A DNA stretch of 26,624 nucleotides from Azolla caroliniana (taxonomy: Eukaryota > Plantae > Polypodiophyta). Location: contig JBHGNT010000421.1 in assembly GCA_043228905.1 (NCBI GenBank), positions 1-26,624 of the forward strand, read 5' to 3'. A program made the translations under genes and the position numbers. The notes beneath the pieces are model-generated. The model did not search any database. It was given only the letters and a program-made list of their open reading frames with translations, and was not told the DNA's origin. This document shows positions 22,055 through 26,624 of this stretch, one piece after another. The first letter of the stretch is position 1. Every line of letters begins with the position of its first letter.

Positions 22055-25000
22055 TTATTTCTTTCCTAATACAAACGCGATTCCTTTCTCGATGCTAGCT
22101 TTTAGCTCTCCTTTGAGATTTGCTAAGCCATTCCTGAAAGAAGGAACAACATTGATTCATACAATCAAAAATCGATCAAATTACTTGAATTATGAAATGT
22201 AAAGCACAAACATCATTTCATATATGTGAAGAAAAATCTGACCTCTCATAGTCATTCAAAGGGCCTAGTGGTAAAACTTCCTCCACACCATTCCTGCCTA
22301 ACACAACCTTTGTGGCGAAATAAGGCAATTCGGTCACCTATGAGAGGAATGTCCAATGAGGTCACAAAAGATGGTCATTCATTCATTAACACCCTTCAAA
22401 TTTGAAATTTTATTTCTATATCCATACCTGTGATGCTACAAACGCACATTCAATAATGCCTGAATGGCCTTGCAACGCGCGGAGGGTAACATCAGCGAAC
22501 TTTGCAGAAGCATATGCCTAGAAATTCAAAATTATTCAATCATTTAGACTTTATTTCTTCTCCTTGTCCTTTCTCTTAATGGGGAGGGGAATTTGAACTC
22601 TCATCCTATGATGCTTCACACAGTTTTAGAATTCTTTTAACACTTGAGGATGTCTTAGAATTCTATAAAATCTCACAGTAAGACTTTGACCAAATATAGT
22701 ACCATTGATAATGTTGCCGAGCCTGCACCTGCTTTTGCCTGCAGATCATTGAGTCAGTACAATACTTTAAGAGAATTCAGAAGAAAAGTTTAAAATCCAA
22801 GTTTCTAAAGAGTTTAAGGATTTTGACAAAGTAATCAACCAACATCATTAAATACATTTGAAGTCTCCTTTTTTTAAGATTTTAAATTTGTTGGACATAG
22901 TGATTCCAGTTCTTTGCCATCTAAACAACAAGTTGTGAGAACATGTCCTACCCACTAAATTTTCCTTGCCCATTCAGAGAGAAATACATACAGGATATAT
23001 ATTATATTTATGCATCTAGATTTATACATAAACCTATATTTACATTTATTTACTTCATGACACAAAGCACCTATACATCAAACCCAATACTGAGGATCTC
23101 ACCTCTACCACCTCTGTTCCTCCATTTTGAATCCTGTTTGTTAAATATTCTACCTCATCTTTGGAAAATGAAGAATGAGGTGTAACCTGCAAACGTGCAT
23201 AAAGTTTCACTTGGATGAAAAATAAATATCACTATTTATTACAAAACAAACAACAGATTTGCTCGAAAGAACCTGAGAAAGTAAGGGCAAAATGGTAATT
23301 CCTGCATGGCCTCCAACTACTGGCACATTCACTGACTTTGGATCTACTCCGAGCACTTCTGCCTATAGTTTTTAAAGAGCACAAACTCAATTACGTGATG
23401 GTAAAATTAAGCAATCGAAAGATATAAACATGAAAGAGATGTTGATTAGAAATCTGTGAGCTATAGACAGAATTCTCGACATGTAGCATCTCATTCCTTT
23501 CTCTATAAAAGAACTACCTCTTCTTTTTTAGTTTTGTTAGATAAGCATAGGAATCTCTATATATAGCTACCATAAACTTGTTTTAATGAACCATGTTTTA
23601 CCACAAAGGTGTTGGCTCGGACGACATCTAGAGTTGTAACCCCCATAAGACGCTTTGGATCATAAATTCCTGCTTTTTTGAATACTTCTGCCGCAATGGG
23701 TACAGTAGAATTGACAGGGTTGCTAATGATGTGGACAATAGCTTTGGGGCAGCTTTTGGCAATTCCCTCACAAAGTGTACGGACGATCCCCGCATTTATA
23801 TTAAATAGGTCATCTCGGGTCATGCCTGGCTTTCGGGGAACCCCGGCTGGGATGATCACTAGCTCCATGCCTTCCAATGAAGCTTCAAGCTGGTCTTTTC
23901 CAACAAATCCACGAACCTTTAATAGAAACAAAAGCTAATTTAGACAGCACGAATCCATATGTTTTAACTATGAATATGGAAGGCACAGTCACATAAAACC
24001 CATGTTTTTCATGTTTTAATAAGTTTTGTCAGATTTATTCTCTCTACATCTACTATAATACATGTCTTTGAATAGGAAATCACATATTCCTGTGAGAGCC
24101 CAAGTTTTATGTTATAAACATTCAAAAATCTATTGAAACCATGTTTAAGTTTTAACATGGAATCACACCATCCTACAAGAGCCCAGCCCAACAACAATTA
24201 ATACGTTCATGTTAAATGTGTGAAATCTATTCAAGCATTGTTTTAATGTTAAAATACATTTAGCAGATTCATTCTCTCTACCGGTACTAAACTTCTAGAA
24301 ATTGGACCGTCATGGGTATTAAGGATTTTAAGAGAATCTAACAAATCAATTTTCTTTCTTTTCTAAGGAAATAAGGCAAACGTTCCTTTTTAACCAATTT
24401 TTTTATGACGAACTTACCAAAATTTTCTATGTTCATTTTCACAATTTTTAAATCTTCACGGGACTGTTATCCAAAATAAAAACATATATTAAGATGTAGA
24501 TCTAGCATGCTAATCCCACCTTATATTACCCCTTGGATCCCTAAGGCACTTTGAGAAAATAACTAGAACACGAATCAAACAATCATATAAGCAAAACCCT
24601 ATGTCTACCTAAGTCATTATCTATACGTGGATAGACTCATCATAAAACACATACTATTTGTGCATATATTGGAGGATGGAATCAGGCATATATCTAGCAG
24701 GTTAGCAATTTATATTCCAATACTGTCATTAATTACCCTTTTGTTTATTGATGCATCACATATTAAACACTTACCACAGCACTTGTGTCGGTGTGGCTGA
24801 GGTCGGCCGTCACACCAGGGGTGTTAACAACATCATAGAGATGGAGAACCGAAATAAATGGGTTCATCTTGAGGAGAAGTGCCAAAGGTTGCCCTATGCC
24901 ACCAGAAGCTCCCAGTAATGCAACTTTGAATCCTGGGGCAGCACCTTTGGCCCTGCAAGTTTCCATATTCATAGATGTTCCACCTTCCTGCATAACCATT

Positions 25001-26121
25001 TATTGATTTGTTCAATCTCTCTCTTCCTCTCATCCATGTAACAGATTCTAATTGATTTCTCTCTCTTCTCCAAATGGGAAAACCGCACTCATTCGCACAT
25101 GCTAAATAGAGTCCGTCCGCCTTGTGTGTGTAGTTTGCACCGCCACTTCTGTACAGCTTAGCTCATAATCGCTTTGATGTGGATGGGGGCATGAGGGCAC
25201 AGAAATGAGACTCATAAACAGTACATATTTGGCCGAAACAAGTTTGTGAGACTGAGTATCACACTATACCATAATGCTTCACTTTTCATCATATTCAAGC
25301 TTGCTTCCCCCACATTTCAACTCTTATCTATCCCTACACAGTTTCTCTTTCAGTCACAATGTGCACTTTCGATTGCAACATTCATTAATAAAATTCTTGT
25401 GTATTGGGAGTTGCTTATAAATTCCACATACAAATAAGTGAAAATGTGAGATTTTGGTTCCATAGATCATATCTGACCTCTGGGGAAGATAATTTCAACA
25501 TCAAATTCTATTAGATATACCCAATTCTACGTTTATCAATATTAAATATACCCAAAGTTGCTATACTGGATATTCAATGGAGTTCAGAACATACGAATGT
25601 GAACCTTGGTATGTACAACCCAGGATTAGATATAGAATGATAGGAGTTCTAATTGCAAAGAAACAATAGAGGTTTCTATTGTTGGGATGCAATGTTTGCA
25701 TATGCAGACCATGATTAGATACATAATGACGGGCTCTCTGATTGAAGAAAGAATCCCATGAACGATTGTTTGATTGCAACGAAACCCACAACATATCAAT
25801 ATGAACTGTTATGATTGAAAAGAAACATGATTAGATATCTTGTGATGGGGTCTCCCAATCCGTCTATAGATCTTTAATGATATGCGCTCTGAAAAAACCA
25901 TAGCTGTTTACAATCAGCATCCCTTTTTTCTTTTCACAAACCATTCTATCTTTCTTGTAAAAGCTATACAAAGACGGCTAGCTAGCTAGCTACATGAGAA
26001 TGATGAGAACTGTAACAAAACAGTTGCATGAAAAAGAAAGAAAGAAAGAAAGAAAGAATCAATGGCTTACATAGGCAGAAGGCTGCAAATGGGCATTGAT
26101 CCTTGCCAAGCGCTCTGCCAT
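22055..26121 (-). CDS. PMDH: Peroxisomal/glyoxysomal NAD-dependent malate dehydrogenase, 350 aa; exons 26121-26071, 24987-24775, 23916-23602, 23362-23273, 23186-23103, 22738-22703, 22517-22428, 22337-22243, 22133-22055
   Basis: GT-AG introns, continuous frame (1053 nt). Exon 1 [17 protein letters not shown] holds PTS2 RLx5HL. CRAKG presequence junction, Rossmann motif [53 protein letters not shown] catalytic His, [14 protein letters not shown]. Ends with [13 protein letters not shown]. Confidence 0.96.
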
Positions 26122-26130
26122 AGCTTGCTT

Positions 26131-26163
26131 GGATGATGGATGGATGGATGGATGGATGGATGG
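26131..26163. repeat. (GGAT)n microsatellite immediately 5' of the PMDH start codon
   Basis: ggatgatggatggatggatggatggatggatgg lies about 10 nt upstream of ATG 26121 on the - strand. Confidence 0.9.
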
Positions 26164-26624
26164 GTTGGTGTCTGCTTGCTTGATTCTTTAAAAGGTTGGA
26201 GCCCAAAGATTTATTTTATCCAAATGATATCCAAGGCCTTCTGTAAATCATCCACCACATTTTTGGGGCTTTGCCTAATCTGTAAGCATTGTGGTGCCTA
26301 TTCATAATGTTGTTGCTGTTGTAGTACTAGTAGTATGTATATGCCCCATCTCTATCTACCCAATGCCCACAATGCCCACGTTTCGGGGTCTCGTGTATGA
26401 AACCAAACTTTCCTTGCCACGCAGGGGCCTCACTATCGCATTATCTACACGAATGATTTCGCTTGTTACACATATGGAACCAGATGTCCGTTTCATCAAG
26501 AGCTTACGAGTAGGCTACCCTCTCGGACCCACCCACAACCTTATGTTTGCCAAGGCCTTGAACCATACATCGACTGTCGAAGACACTTGATATTGCTCTG
26601 CTTGTTTAATATGAAACCAGATGT

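Noticed and set aside
26291-26590. 99-aa GTG-start ORF upstream of PMDH and a 16-bp repeat ATATG(G/A)AACCAGATGT
   Set aside because: Non-ATG start and no motifs. It lies in the PMDH promoter, and the repeat is cut by the window edge so it cannot be assessed.

Overview
Eukaryotic, intron-rich, AT-rich land-plant genomic DNA. The repeat types and microsatellite style suggest a non-seed plant such as a fern or lycophyte, but this is inference only. Four spliced protein-coding genes can be reconstructed by hand. (1) The last two exons of a SAYSvFN-domain (SAYSD1-like) gene, + strand, 201-446, absent from the ORF track. (2) A 2-coding-exon TMEM245/AI-2E-like membrane protein, + strand, 4722-8978, 750 aa. 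(3) A 12-exon plant-type tyrosylprotein sulfotransferase TPST, + strand, 14130-20704, about 520 aa. (4) A 9-exon peroxisomal/glyoxysomal NAD-malate dehydrogenase with an N-terminal PTS2, - strand, 26121-22055, 350 aa. Non-coding DNA holds a hAT-type MITE with an exact 8-bp TSD inserted in a tRNA/SINE-like B-box, two related foldback MITEs in TPST introns, LINE relics, several local tandem duplications, and degenerate tandem-repeat arrays in the 5' regions/first introns of both TMEM245 and TPST. I see no prokaryotic-type system (CRISPR, operon) and no clearly novel protein family. The best leads are regulatory or structural.
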